Assembly: GCA_963661325.1 (NCBI GenBank)
Contig: CAVLBP010000001.1
Location: 113-64,112, forward strand
DNA: 64,000 nucleotides
Source: a bacterium
GTDB lineage: Bacteria; Bacillota; Clostridia; Lachnospirales; Lachnospiraceae
Reading direction: 5' to 3'
Shown here: piece after piece, positions 10,274 to 20,214 of the stretch
Numbering within the stretch: position 1 is the first letter of the stretch
Layout: every line of letters begins with the position of its first letter
Program-made: the position numbers and the translations under genes
Notes under the pieces: model-generated
Database searches by the model: none
What the model was told of the DNA's origin: nothing
What the model saw: only the letters and a program-made list of their open reading frames with translations

Positions 10274-10706
10274 CTGACTCCTCTAATCTGCGCCAATCTT
10301 CTTCCCGCATCTTGTCTTTCATCCGATGCTCCTTTAAATATCTGCGCACAAAGCATAACAAAACAATACTGATGGTCGATATCAGATCATCCAGTGGTGT
10401 TGTCGTTGTAACAACGATCATATGCCGTGCCACCAAAAAGATGATCGTCTCCAATACATTATCTGCAGTCGGACGACATAACATTTTTAAAAATTCCACG
10501 CCAATTACGACCAAAAAGACACGTTCCAAAAATTCCAGCATAGCCTGACTGGAAGAACGGTCTGCCCACAACTCTCCAACATGTGGAACCAATGAGATCA
10601 AGGCGATCACAACCGCAATAAGAACAAATATCGCCGCAATAAACTCCAAAACATGGCAGACATCTGCCACCCATTTTTTCACATAAGCATAAACCTTATC
10701 AAACAT
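10251..10706 (-). CDS. PsiE-like (phosphate-starvation-inducible E family) membrane protein
   Basis: A four-TM small protein with a PsiE-like core (LVVIGVEFLKML...IIFLVARHMIV). Its 3' end overlaps the downstream AraC gene by 23 nt. Confidence 0.6.
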   Translation of the reverse strand: MFDKVYAYVKKWVADVCHVLEFIAAIFVLIAVVIALISLVPHVGELWADRSSSQAMLEFLERVFLVVIGVEFLKMLCRPTADNVLETIIFLVARHMIVVTTTTPLDDLISTISIVLLCFVRRYLKEHRMKDKMREEDWRRLEESDESGTAE

Positions 10707-10813
10707 AAATACTCCTCTTCTTCTCCTAAAAATCCTAGCTATCCAATTAAATATTAGCCCATTATCCTTACCCTAGTCAAGCCCATTATATACAAGCCTC
10801 CTCCGGAGGCGGG

Positions 10814-10849
10814 CAAAAAAAGACCCGATCAGATAACTTTCTGATCGAG
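10814..10849 (-). terminator. rho-independent terminator after ilvE
   Basis: The minus strand reads CGAUCAGA-aaguua-UCUGAUCG followed by GGUC and a U7-8 run (forward A-run at 10814-10821). Confidence 0.6.
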
Positions 10850-10876
10850 CCTTGCATGTATCCTATTTCTGCGATT

Positions 10877-11941
10877 TTATTCTACGACCTGTGTCCATCC
10901 GTAAGGATCAGCGATCTTGCCCCATTGGATGCCTGTCAAAGTATCGTATAACTTCTGTGTCAACTCGCCTGTCTTAGAATCGTTGATAACAACCACATCA
11001 TCCTTGTAACGAAGTTCGCCAACCGGAGAGATAACGGCTGCTGTACCGGTACCGAATACTTCTTCCAATGTACCATCATGACCTGCCTTCATCAGATCAT
11101 CTACAGAAAGGCGGGTCTCGTTTACCTTGTAGCCCCAGTCACGAAGTAAGTGGATCATGGAATCTCTGGTAACACCCGGAAGTACAGTCCCCTCGATCGG
11201 TGCTGTGTAGATCTCGCCGGCGATTTTGAACATGATATTCATCGTACCAACTTCTTCTACATATTTACGGTGTTCACCATCAAGCCAGAGTACCTGTGCA
11301 TAACCCATCTTCTCAGCCTTGACCTGTCCGAGAATAGATCCTGCATAGTTACCGCCACACTTGGTAAATCCAGTGCCGCCTTTGACAGCACGTACCAGTT
11401 CATCTTCCACTAAAATCTTAACCGGATCCAGACCAGTTTCATAATATGCGCCAACCGGGCAACAGATGATCATAAACTTGTAAGCAGATGCCATATGCAC
11501 ACCAAGCGCTGCTTCCGTAGCAAACATAAACGGACGGATGTAAAGAGAAGTGTCCGGCTCAGACGGAACCCAGTCTGCTTCCTGCTTTACCAGTGCTCTG
11601 ACTGCTTCTACGAACATATCCTCCGGAAATGCCGGCATACAAAGTCTTGCGTTGGAGTTGATCATACGTCTTGCGTTCATTTCCGGACGGAAGAGCTGGA
11701 TCTTGCCCTCAGCGGTACGGTATGCCTTCAAGCCTTCAAATGTCTCCTGTGCATAGTGAAGTGTCACACATGCCGGATCCAATTCGATCGGTCCCTGTGG
11801 TACGATCCTGGCATCATGCCATCCCTGATCCTTGTCCCAATCCATGATAAACATATAGTCTGTCATGTACTTACCAAATCCAAGATGCTTCTGGTCTGGC
11901 TTTTCCTTTAACTGCTTACGTTCTTCGAATCTAATTTCCAT
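10877..11941 (-). CDS. ilvE: branched-chain amino acid aminotransferase
   Basis: A class IV aminotransferase over its full length (FGKYMTDYMF, LHYAQETFEGLKAYR, GGTGFTKCGGNYA, PGVTRDS). I moved the start to the ATG at 11941 (MEIRFEE), which follows GGAGGAAG. Confidence 0.9.
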   Translation of the reverse strand: MEIRFEERKQLKEKPDQKHLGFGKYMTDYMFIMDWDKDQGWHDARIVPQGPIELDPACVTLHYAQETFEGLKAYRTAEGKIQLFRPEMNARRMINSNARLCMPAFPEDMFVEAVRALVKQEADWVPSEPDTSLYIRPFMFATEAALGVHMASAYKFMIICCPVGAYYETGLDPVKILVEDELVRAVKGGTGFTKCGGNYAGSILGQVKAEKMGYAQVLWLDGEHRKYVEEVGTMNIMFKIAGEIYTAPIEGTVLPGVTRDSMIHLLRDWGYKVNETRLSVDDLMKAGHDGTLEEVFGTGTAAVISPVGELRYKDDVVVINDSKTGELTQKLYDTLTGIQWGKIADPYGWTQVVE

Positions 11942-12005
11942 GATTTCTTCCTCCATATATTGCATAATCGCAGATGAAATCCTGCAAAATTTCTCTGTTT
12001 GTCTT

Positions 12006-12034
12006 ATTATCTTCCTCTTTATGAGGCTTGTCAA
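12006..12034 (-). promoter_or_regulatory. candidate sigma-A promoter for ilvE
   Basis: The minus strand has TTGACA (12034-12029), a 17-nt spacer, then GATAAT (12011-12006). Confidence 0.45.
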
Positions 12035-12175
12035 GAATACAGCCTATAATTATCCTGCACTTTTCCTCTACTTTTTTGTATAATTTTTCACCAGATCCCC
12101 GGCAATGGTTCTTGAAAGCCCTTTTCAAAAATAATATAATGATAAAAAATAAGAAAGTTACGAAGGGAGTTTATC

Positions 12176-12685
12176 ATGCATACATTTCAACCATATCCTA
12201 TGAATATGTTAGAGTTCAATCCTTTTGAAAAAATTGGTAAAGAATGGGCAGCCGTCACCGCAGAGGCAGACGGCAAAGCCAACGCCATGACCGTTAGTTG
12301 GGGCGGTGTCGGTGTCATGTGGGGTAAAAATGTAGCCACCATCTATATCCGTGATTCCCGTTACACCAAGACCCTGATCGATGCCAGCGACACCTTTTCC
12401 GTCAACTTTTTCGAGGACGATCATATGCACAGCACACTGAATTATCTGGGCAAGATCTCCGGTCGAGACGAGGATAAGATCGCCGGAGCACGTCTGCATG
12501 TCAACCACATGACAGACACTCCATTTTTAGACGAAGCCAAGTTCGTCATCCTCTGCAAGAAATTATCTGCGACCCGCATGACAGCCGATCAATTCATCGA
12601 TCCGACCATCGCAGACAAGTGGTATGCGGATGGCGATATGCACACCATGTATATCGGCGAGATCACAGATGTCTTAGTCCGCTAA
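12176..12685 (+). CDS. flavin reductase-like (flavoredoxin family) protein
   Basis: A flavin_reduct-type N-terminus (EKIGKEWAAVTAEADGKANAMTVSWGGVGVMWGKNVATIYIRDSRYT). The RBS is GAAGGGAG. Confidence 0.75.
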   Translation: MHTFQPYPMNMLEFNPFEKIGKEWAAVTAEADGKANAMTVSWGGVGVMWGKNVATIYIRDSRYTKTLIDASDTFSVNFFEDDHMHSTLNYLGKISGRDEDKIAGARLHVNHMTDTPFLDEAKFVILCKKLSATRMTADQFIDPTIADKWYADGDMHTMYIGEITDVLVR

Positions 12686-12705
12686 TATATCTTTGAGACA
12701 AAGTA

Positions 12706-12739
12706 AAAACCCGGCTGCCTTTTTAGGCTTCCGGGTTTT
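12706..12739. terminator. bidirectional terminator hairpin between convergent genes
   Basis: AAAACCCGG(ct)GCCT-tttt-AGGC(tt)CCGGGTTTT, with T-runs on the plus side and A-runs on the other side. Confidence 0.65.
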
Positions 12740-12759
12740 ATTTTTATATTGCTGATGCA

Positions 12760-14247
12760 TTACTGCTCACTTGCGATCGTATCCTGTAATTTTTCTACCT
12801 TTCCATGCAGTCTGCCGATCGTATCGGAGAACTCCTGAATGGTATCGTAGATCATGACTGCACCATCTACACCATTGCCGGACAGTTCTGAAACACGGTT
12901 GGTGTTTTCTGTCACACTGACCACGCTGTCAACGATCTGTGCCGTATTGCTGGACACTTCATTTACGCCGTCAATGATGCCATCCACCATAGTCTTTAAC
13001 TTGCCGACATTGTTCTTGGTCTGTTCAAAACTGCTGTTGACATCGGCAATCTTGGTATTCTGTAACTGGATACCCTCTACGCAGTGGTTCATCTTTTCCA
13101 CGGACTGATTGGCAACTGCGATCAACTGGTTCATGATCTGCGTGATCTCTTCCGTAGAATTCTTAGTCTGCTCTGCCAGCGTACGGATCTCATCGGCTAC
13201 CACAGCAAAACCTTTGCCTGCCTCACCCGCTCTGGCTGCCTCGATCGATGCATTGAGGGCTAAGAGGTTGGTCTGGCTGGAAATGGAAAGAATAGCATCC
13301 GTGATGCTGGAAACGCCCTGGATCTGTGCCACCAGATCGGTAATGATCTGATTGGTCGCCTCGATATCTCCCGATACTGCCTGCGCCTGCGTGCGCATAT
13401 CCTCTGAAAGAACAGCACCTTCGCTGACCTTTTCGTACACCTCTTCTGCATTCTGCTGGACACGTTCTGCACTTGCCTGTGTCTCCTGCACGATCGCATA
13501 AATATTCTGGGTCAGTTCGGACTGGTGATCCATTTCCTGACTATTGACGGTAGAAGCGGATGAAATATCGCTGAGTGCTCCCTTATTTTCATTTGCCTGC
13601 TCTGTGATGTCATGCATGCCATCTGTGATCACATGAAAATTATCCAGAATATCCTGTGAGATCTGTCCTACCTGATTTGCCACTTCAATGGCTTCATTGG
13701 TCTGCTTCTGGATCTGATCCATATTTTCCCTGGTCGCATTGTAAATACGATATACCGTATACATACTAAAGAAGCCAAACAAAAGGGTCGAGATCAGTTC
13801 AATCGTTGCGTCTTCCCCTGCCATCTGTCCCCGCATGGAACTCAGTCCAATGTCGATCAGATCGATAATGACTGTTGCCCCTGTACCATAGGCTACCAGA
13901 CGTACATTCTGATAAACGATCAAGGCATATACCGTGATAAATACGACCGGATAAATTTTAACATTTGATGTAAAACTGACGACAATGACCGGAATCAGGT
14001 ACATAAACGACATCTTGATATGTGTGTTTTCTCCCGTTCCCTTGGTCAGTCCCCAGAAGGCTGCTAATGCATAGCAGACTGCCATAACGGCCACCCCAAC
14101 AACCGTGACCGAATGTGTGATCAGCATAATGATCAGCCAGCCCAGTAAGGACAGTCCGTAGATCATTACCCCTAATTTATTGGATCTTGCGGTCTGTTCC
14201 GGTGTCAGTGCGATTGCTTTTTTTGCTTTCTTTTGTCCCTTAGCCAT
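12760..14247 (-). CDS. methyl-accepting chemotaxis protein with a multi-TM N-terminal module
   Basis: The MCP signalling hairpin reads [36 protein letters not shown]. About six TM helices sit at the N-terminus. The RBS is AGGGGGA. Confidence 0.9.
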   Translation of the reverse strand: MAKGQKKAKKAIALTPEQTARSNKLGVMIYGLSLLGWLIIMLITHSVTVVGVAVMAVCYALAAFWGLTKGTGENTHIKMSFMYLIPVIVVSFTSNVKIYPVVFITVYALIVYQNVRLVAYGTGATVIIDLIDIGLSSMRGQMAGEDATIELISTLLFGFFSMYTVYRIYNATRENMDQIQKQTNEAIEVANQVGQISQDILDNFHVITDGMHDITEQANENKGALSDISSASTVNSQEMDHQSELTQNIYAIVQETQASAERVQQNAEEVYEKVSEGAVLSEDMRTQAQAVSGDIEATNQIITDLVAQIQGVSSITDAILSISSQTNLLALNASIEAARAGEAGKGFAVVADEIRTLAEQTKNSTEEITQIMNQLIAVANQSVEKMNHCVEGIQLQNTKIADVNSSFEQTKNNVGKLKTMVDGIIDGVNEVSSNTAQIVDSVVSVTENTNRVSELSGNGVDGAVMIYDTIQEFSDTIGRLHGKVEKLQDTIASEQ

Positions 14248-14398
14248 GTTTGATTCCCCCTGTTATGAGCACTTAGATACTGACAAATCGTCAGATGCAG
14301 TCAGTATCTTACGTGCGATACGTACTTGCCCCTTAGTGAGAAGGCACGCTAGTGCGCTTCGAACTTAGTAGGCAAGTGCTGTTATGAGCACTATTCTT
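14248..14398 (-). other. ORF-free, densely structured spacer between aspS and the MCP gene
   Basis: A 14-nt direct repeat CTGTTATGAGCACT occurs at 14260-14273 and 14379-14392. A 10-bp stem pairs 14275-14284 with 14300-14309, and a competing 5-bp stem pairs 14280-14284 with 14290-14294. A 7-bp long-range stem pairs 14324-14330 with 14371-14377. A 6-bp hairpin spans 14375-14392. Confidence 0.5.
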
Positions 14399-16189
14399 CT
14401 ATTCCTCTGTTTCCTCTAACTCAAGTCCCAACTCATCCAACTGTGCCTTATCGACCGGTGTCGGAGCCTCTGTCATCAGACAGGATGCATCCTTGACCTT
14501 CGGGAAGGCGATCACATCACGGATAGAATCCGCATGCATCATCAACATGATCATACGATCCAGTCCAAATGCCAGTCCTGCATGTGGCGGTACACCATAA
14601 GAGAAGGCATCCAGCAAGAAACCAAATCTCTCATGTGCTTCTTCATTGGTAAAGCCAAGTGCATTGAACATCTTTTCCTGCACATCGCTCTGGTAGATAC
14701 GGATACTACCACCACCAAGTTCACAACCGTTTAATACGATGTCATATGCCTTGGCACGAACAGCACCCGGATCACTGGTAAGTTTGTCCAGATCTTCCTC
14801 ATAAGGCATGGTAAACGGATGATGCATGGCAACAAAACGATTCTGATCATCTGACCACTCAAACTGTGGAAAATCTACCACCCAAAGGAAAGCAAATTCA
14901 TTTGGATCATAGAGGTTAAATTCTTTTCCTAACTGCAAACGTAAGGAGCCTAAGACTTCCCATACGATCTTATTACGATCTGCTGCAAACAAAAGCAGAT
15001 CTCCCGGCTGTCCATCCATGGCAGATACCAAGGAGGCAAGTTCTTCTTCTGTCATAAACTTGGCAAAGGATGACTTGTAAGTGCCATCTTCGCCAATAGA
15101 AAGATATGCCAGTCCCTTAGCGCCACAGCCCTTGGCATGGTCTACTAACTTGTCGATCTTCTTGCGGGACATTGCGCCCTGACCTTTGACATTGATACCA
15201 CGGACACTTCCGCCATTTTCCAAAGCACCGGTAAAGACACCAAATCCACATCCGGCAACAACCTCTGATACATCTACCAGTTCCATGCCAAAACGAACAT
15301 CCGGCTTGTCAGATCCAAAGCGGTCCATAGCCTCCTGCCAGGTCATACGATTCAAAGGAAGTGGCACTTCTACGTCCAGCGTCTCCTTAAATACGCAGGC
15401 GATCAGACGTTCATTGACATCTAAGACATCTTCCATATCTACAAAAGACATCTCCATATCCACCTGGGTAAATTCCGGCTGGCGGTCTGCACGCAAGTCT
15501 TCATCACGGAAGCACTTGGCGATCTGGAAATAACGATCATATCCGGAACACATCAACAACTGTTTAAAGAGCTGTGGTGACTGTGGCAGTGCATAAAAAC
15601 TACCCGGATGCACACGGGACGGTACCAGATAATCTCTGGCGCCTTCCGGTGTGGATTTCTGTAAGATCGGTGTCTCGATCTCTAAAAATCCCTCGTCCTG
15701 TAAGAAGGAACGGATCACGCCCATAACACGGCTTCGCATCATCAGGTTCTTTTGCAGATCCGGGCGGCGTAGATCCAGATAACGGTATTTCAAGCGTAAT
15801 TCTTCCTTGGTCTGGACACCGGATTCGATCGGGAATGGCGGTGTCTGTGCCTCGGAGAGCACACGGAGTTCTGTCGCAAAGACTTCGATATCTCCTGTCT
15901 TTAAATTTTCATTGACGGCTGCAGAACGCTTCTGCACCTTGCCGACAATAGCAACCACATACTCGCTGCGCAAAGTTCCTGCCTTGGCAAATCCCTCGCT
16001 GCCGATCACAGGTTCGTCAAAGACCACCTGCATCATACCACTACGGTCTCTTAAATCAATGAAGATCAGACTTCCTAAATTTCTTCTTTTCTGCACCCAT
16101 CCCATCAGCGTAACTTCTTCGCCGATCATGGTGTTATTTACTTCTGTACAACGGTGACTTCTGTGAAGTCCCTGCATAGACTCTGCCAT
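14399..16189 (-). CDS. aspS: aspartate--tRNA ligase
   Basis: Class IIb aaRS motifs are present (FYALPQSPQLFKQLLM, FRDEDLRADRQPEFTQVD, GGGSIRI, GLAFGLDR). Confidence 0.97.
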   Translation of the reverse strand: MAESMQGLHRSHRCTEVNNTMIGEEVTLMGWVQKRRNLGSLIFIDLRDRSGMMQVVFDEPVIGSEGFAKAGTLRSEYVVAIVGKVQKRSAAVNENLKTGDIEVFATELRVLSEAQTPPFPIESGVQTKEELRLKYRYLDLRRPDLQKNLMMRSRVMGVIRSFLQDEGFLEIETPILQKSTPEGARDYLVPSRVHPGSFYALPQSPQLFKQLLMCSGYDRYFQIAKCFRDEDLRADRQPEFTQVDMEMSFVDMEDVLDVNERLIACVFKETLDVEVPLPLNRMTWQEAMDRFGSDKPDVRFGMELVDVSEVVAGCGFGVFTGALENGGSVRGINVKGQGAMSRKKIDKLVDHAKGCGAKGLAYLSIGEDGTYKSSFAKFMTEEELASLVSAMDGQPGDLLLFAADRNKIVWEVLGSLRLQLGKEFNLYDPNEFAFLWVVDFPQFEWSDDQNRFVAMHHPFTMPYEEDLDKLTSDPGAVRAKAYDIVLNGCELGGGSIRIYQSDVQEKMFNALGFTNEEAHERFGFLLDAFSYGVPPHAGLAFGLDRMIMLMMHADSIRDVIAFPKVKDASCLMTEAPTPVDKAQLDELGLELEETEE

Positions 16190-16206
16190 GTCTTTTGTCC
16201 TCCTGC

Positions 16207-17469
16207 TTAATCTCTATTGAAAAATTCTACGAATTCTTCGTAGCCTTCTTTTTGTAATTGTTCTTTCTGGAACTTTTTGTTTTTGTTCATACGAACGACC
16301 TGTACCTGTTGTCCGTTTTCTCTGGCTTCTTTTGCCTGCTTCAAGACTTCGGTCAGTTTCTCTGCCGGATACTTCTTTTCTACCAGATAAGCCACCTTCT
16401 TTGGACGCTCCGGGATCTCAAATCCCTCTTCCATCAAAAGTAAGATGATACGCTCAAAGCCAATGGAAAATCCGCAAGCCGGTACATTTTGTCCGGTGAA
16501 CTTGCCGATCATTTCATCATAACGGCCACCGCCGCCACAAGAACCGCCAAATTCCGGAATAGCGATCTCAAAGATGGTGCCGGTATAATAACTCATGCCA
16601 CGCACCAGGGTCGGATCAAAGACCAGAGCAAAATCCGCAGCCTTAGCCGCCTCAACCGTCTGGGCGATCTCACGCAGGTTGTTAGAGATTTCTTCATCTA
16701 AATATCCACCAAGGGTCTCCTGTAAAAATCCTACACCCTCAGCCACATCCTTCTTGTCCGCCAAGGCATCAAAAAGGCCAAGATATTTATCGACACTCTC
16801 CTTGGCATAACCGTTTTCCAAAAGTTCTGCGGAAACACCTTCGATACCGATCTTGTCCATCTTATCCAATGTGATGAAAATACTGTCGTAATCTTTTTCT
16901 TCAAAACCGCTGTAGGCAGCCATAGCCTTTAAGATACGGCGTTCATTGATGCGGATCTCAAAACCGGAAAAGCCTAGACGGCCAAGTGTCGTTGTCGTAG
17001 CAAGGATCAGTTCGATCTCTGCCATATTGGACGGCTCGCCCAAAATATCAATATCGCACTGGGTAAACTGACGATATCTGCCTCGCTGTGGGCGGTCTGC
17101 ACGCCATACATTACCGATCTGCAATGCCTTAAAGGGACTTGGCAGATCATTGGCATTATTGGAATAGAATCTGCAAAGTGGCACAGTAAGATCATAGCGC
17201 ATACCAAAGTCCACCACATCGTTTTCTTCCTTCGCAGTGTCCAAATGCAGTTTTTCGCCTCTTTTCAACACCTTGAAGATCAATTTTTCATTCTCGCCCC
17301 CCTGCTTGTTGCTCAGGTTTGCGATATTTTCCATACAAGGTGTCTCGATCGGTGTAAATCCAAACTCACGATAAGTCGTCTTGATGACATTCGTCACATA
17401 ATCGCGGATTTCCATCTCTCTTGGCAAAATATCTTTCATACCATTGACTGGTTTCTTACTTAAAGCCAT
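16207..17469 (-). CDS. hisS: histidine--tRNA ligase
   Basis: HisRS motifs are present (GMKDILP, FRADRPQRGRYRQFTQCDID, GGGGRYD, GFSIGFERI). The RBS is GGAGGAAG. Confidence 0.97.
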   Translation of the reverse strand: MALSKKPVNGMKDILPREMEIRDYVTNVIKTTYREFGFTPIETPCMENIANLSNKQGGENEKLIFKVLKRGEKLHLDTAKEENDVVDFGMRYDLTVPLCRFYSNNANDLPSPFKALQIGNVWRADRPQRGRYRQFTQCDIDILGEPSNMAEIELILATTTTLGRLGFSGFEIRINERRILKAMAAYSGFEEKDYDSIFITLDKMDKIGIEGVSAELLENGYAKESVDKYLGLFDALADKKDVAEGVGFLQETLGGYLDEEISNNLREIAQTVEAAKAADFALVFDPTLVRGMSYYTGTIFEIAIPEFGGSCGGGGRYDEMIGKFTGQNVPACGFSIGFERIILLLMEEGFEIPERPKKVAYLVEKKYPAEKLTEVLKQAKEARENGQQVQVVRMNKNKKFQKEQLQKEGYEEFVEFFNRD

Positions 17470-17502
17470 TTTACTTCCTCCAAATTTTAACTTTTACACT
17501 TT

Positions 17503-17531
17503 ATTATAATCTGTTTTTTCATGAGACGCAA
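17503..17531 (-). promoter_or_regulatory. candidate sigma-A promoter upstream of hisS-aspS
   Basis: The minus strand has TTGCGT (17531-17526), a 17-nt spacer, then TATAAT (17508-17503). Confidence 0.4.
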
Positions 17532-17559
17532 CTAGGAAAGACTTCATACGTCAATCTCA

Positions 17560-18120
17560 CTATTCCAGATAGTCCGCCAACTCATATACACGTTTCTTGG
17601 TCAATTCTGCACCTTTTAAAAACCTTGCCATGGATTGCATACTTCCACCTTGATAGGCTTCTCCGGCCTTTTGTATCTCGTCTTCTTTATCTGTAATCCA
17701 GTTCCTCTGTTCTTTCTGAATCTCAGCGAATTCACTATCGCTTTTTACAGATTTAATAACATTCCAAATATCGTTCAGGCAAGCGTCCCATGTGGTATAA
17801 AGTGTTTCCGCCGTCTGATTCAACTGATCCTGCGTCATGTTTTCATTTGTTTCCATCTCATTGGTGCAGGTCTGATCCAACGACTCACATTGTTTTATTT
17901 CTGCCAATACTGCCTGTATCTCATCCTCATTCAACGTTATTTCCTTTGTCTCTTCTGTACTTGTTGACGTATCCTGTGCATCATCTGTCTGGCTTGTTTG
18001 ATCGGACGAATCTGCAGTATTTTCCGTATCGCTCTTACTTCCGCAAGCGGTCAGTCCCAGATTTGCAAGCATTAGGATGATCGCTGCCTTTTGTAGTATT
18101 TTTGTCTTTTTTCTTTCCAT
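17560..18120 (-). CDS. lipoprotein with a C-terminal DUF1311/LprI-like domain
   Basis: A lipobox LTAC follows a signal peptide. The linker is acidic and S/T-rich. The C-terminus (YTTWDACLNDIW...EQRNWITDKE) resembles the lysozyme-inhibitor LprI-type fold. Confidence 0.6.
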   Translation of the reverse strand: MERKKTKILQKAAIILMLANLGLTACGSKSDTENTADSSDQTSQTDDAQDTSTSTEETKEITLNEDEIQAVLAEIKQCESLDQTCTNEMETNENMTQDQLNQTAETLYTTWDACLNDIWNVIKSVKSDSEFAEIQKEQRNWITDKEDEIQKAGEAYQGGSMQSMARFLKGAELTKKRVYELADYLE

Positions 18121-18123
18121 ATT

Positions 18124-19575
18124 CTATATTTCCTCCAACGCCTTATACTTCCGCTCGATCATTTCGTCGATACGCGCGATGTAAAGACCGACATCCTTGA
18201 CATTTTCCGACCGGGTGACGGTCAATCCATGGTCAGAGACATACTTGCAGGCTGCTCCTGCCCCCAGCGCAATGATGGACTGCTTTTCCTCCATGATGAG
18301 AATATTGTAAAGTCCTGCCTTGCCCTCTTTTGCAAAGCCGATATTTTCCAGATTTCCGGTCATATTCTTCTGGCGGTAGAGATAATAAGGCTCCATGCCG
18401 AGTGCCTTTGCCGTCCGGTGTGCCAGTGCCATGTGCTTTTCAGAATTTTCCATATGAAGATCCTGATATTTGTCCCACTCCAGATTCAGTCTTGCCGACC
18501 GCTTGATCGCCAGCGAATGTACCGTTAGATTGTCCGGTTCCAGTTCCTTTATGACAGACATGGTATGTTCCACATCCTCCATATGTTCACCCGGAAGTCC
18601 CACGATCAGATCCATATTGATGGTCGCAAAGCCCACCTCTCTTGCCAGATAAAAACTGTCAATCACCTGGTCAACCGTGTGGTGTCTGCCGATCAGATCT
18701 AAGGTCTTTTGGTTCATAGTCTGTGGATTGATGGAAATACGACCGATCCCATGCTGATGCAGAGTCTCCAATTTTTCTCTGCTGATGCTGTCCGGTCTAC
18801 CGGCTTCCACGGTAAATTCCAGCAAATCGGAAAGATCTAAGGACTCCTCTATCTTGGTCAGCAGACGGTCCAACTGGTCAGCACTCAGACTGGTTGGTGT
18901 ACCTCCACCAATATAGATGGTATCTAACACCTTATTTTTTAACCGGTCTGCAACAAAGTCGATCTCTTTGAAAAGCGCTTCTAAATACTCATCCACACGC
19001 TTTTTCCAGATACCGATCGGATAGGAGGTAAAGGAACAGTAAAGACAGGTACTCGGGCAAAAGGGAATCCCGATATAGAGACTGTAGCCATTTTCATAAT
19101 CTACCGGTGCCAGTAAGTCATGTTCTTTTTTCGCGATCCGGGCGCACAAGGCTTCCTTTTCCTCGGAGATCAGATAGTTTTCCTTCATATAAGTACGGAT
19201 CGCCGCCCCGTCCGCGCCCTCCTCCAGCATCCGCAGGGGAATCTTGGTCGGGCGGATTCCGGTCAGCGTTCCCCAAGGAAGTTCCCTGTCGGAAATCTCA
19301 TGCAGGATCTCATATAATAAACGTTTCAGTCGGTTCTTGGTATCCTTGCGATCCTCGTAATGGACCGGACAAGATCTGGTCTGCGTCTCTGTGCCCCGCT
19401 CCCATTGGATCGTAATTTTTTCCATGTTATAAGTCACAACAAAAGAAAACGATATCTGCTCCGGGTCCGCCTCTGGATTCGTATCCACAAGAATTTCTTC
19501 CTGTGGATAGAAGGCTTTGATCAAAGAGTAAATATCGTATTCAAAATTTGCTTCATTTAATTTTACTGTAATCAT
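18124..19575 (-). CDS. radical SAM coproporphyrinogen-dehydrogenase-like protein (HemZ/HemN family)
   Basis: The radical SAM CxxxCxxC motif reads GIPFCPSTCLYCSF. Length and N-terminus are HemZ-like. Confidence 0.8.
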   Translation of the reverse strand: MITVKLNEANFEYDIYSLIKAFYPQEEILVDTNPEADPEQISFSFVVTYNMEKITIQWERGTETQTRSCPVHYEDRKDTKNRLKRLLYEILHEISDRELPWGTLTGIRPTKIPLRMLEEGADGAAIRTYMKENYLISEEKEALCARIAKKEHDLLAPVDYENGYSLYIGIPFCPSTCLYCSFTSYPIGIWKKRVDEYLEALFKEIDFVADRLKNKVLDTIYIGGGTPTSLSADQLDRLLTKIEESLDLSDLLEFTVEAGRPDSISREKLETLHQHGIGRISINPQTMNQKTLDLIGRHHTVDQVIDSFYLAREVGFATINMDLIVGLPGEHMEDVEHTMSVIKELEPDNLTVHSLAIKRSARLNLEWDKYQDLHMENSEKHMALAHRTAKALGMEPYYLYRQKNMTGNLENIGFAKEGKAGLYNILIMEEKQSIIALGAGAACKYVSDHGLTVTRSENVKDVGLYIARIDEMIERKYKALEEI

Positions 19576-19590
19576 TCTGTATTCACTTTC

Positions 19591-20214
19591 TTAGAGGAAA
19601 GGATTATACATCCGTTCCTGCTCAATGGTCGTATCCACATCATGCCCCGGATAGACATGCGTTTGCTCCGGCAGACACATGAGTTTGTTGCGCACCGATT
19701 CTACCAATGCCCTAGCACTGCCTCCCGGAAAATCCGTGCGTCCGATCGATCCACAGAAAAGAGAATCCCCGGAGAAAAGCAGATCCTCTCTCGAAAAGTA
19801 ATAGCAGCATCCGCCCGGCGTATGCCCCGGTGTAAAAAGCACCCGGATATGAAATCCCGCAAGGTTGATCTCCTGCTCGTCCTTTAAAAAGACATCTGCA
19901 TGATAGGTCGTCGCCCCGCCTGCCATAGGACCGGATAAATTAATGCGACTGTCAGCTAAAGTCTCTGCCTCCTTTTCGTGAGCATAGACCAAAAGACCAT
20001 ACTTTTCTGCCAGTCCTGCTGCCGCCGCGGCATGATCAAAATGTCCATGGGTCAAAAGGATAGCGACCGGTGTCAGACCCAGTCCGTCGATCTTTGCCGC
20101 AATGCGGTCTGCTTCTGCGCCCGGATCTACGATAATGGCTTCTTTATTGGTCTCATTGATGACCAGATATGTGTTGGTCTGCACCGGACCAACCACTAAG
20201 TGTTCTATTTTCAT
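19591..20214 (-). CDS. MBL-fold metallo-hydrolase
   Basis: It has the HxHxDH motif (LLTHGHFDHAAAA) and TPGHTPG. The start overlaps the relA stop by 4 nt. Confidence 0.85.
   Translation of the reverse strand: MKIEHLVVGPVQTNTYLVINETNKEAIIVDPGAEADRIAAKIDGLGLTPVAILLTHGHFDHAAAAAGLAEKYGLLVYAHEKEAETLADSRINLSGPMAGGATTYHADVFLKDEQEINLAGFHIRVLFTPGHTPGGCCYYFSREDLLFSGDSLFCGSIGRTDFPGGSARALVESVRNKLMCLPEQTHVYPGHDVDTTIEQERMYNPFL

Noticed and set aside
17470-17559. An expected T-box leader upstream of hisS-aspS, as in Bacillus.
   Set aside because: Only ~90 nt separate hisS from the upstream gene, and they contain no GGUGGUACCGCG-like core or terminator. I see only a plausible sigma-A promoter.
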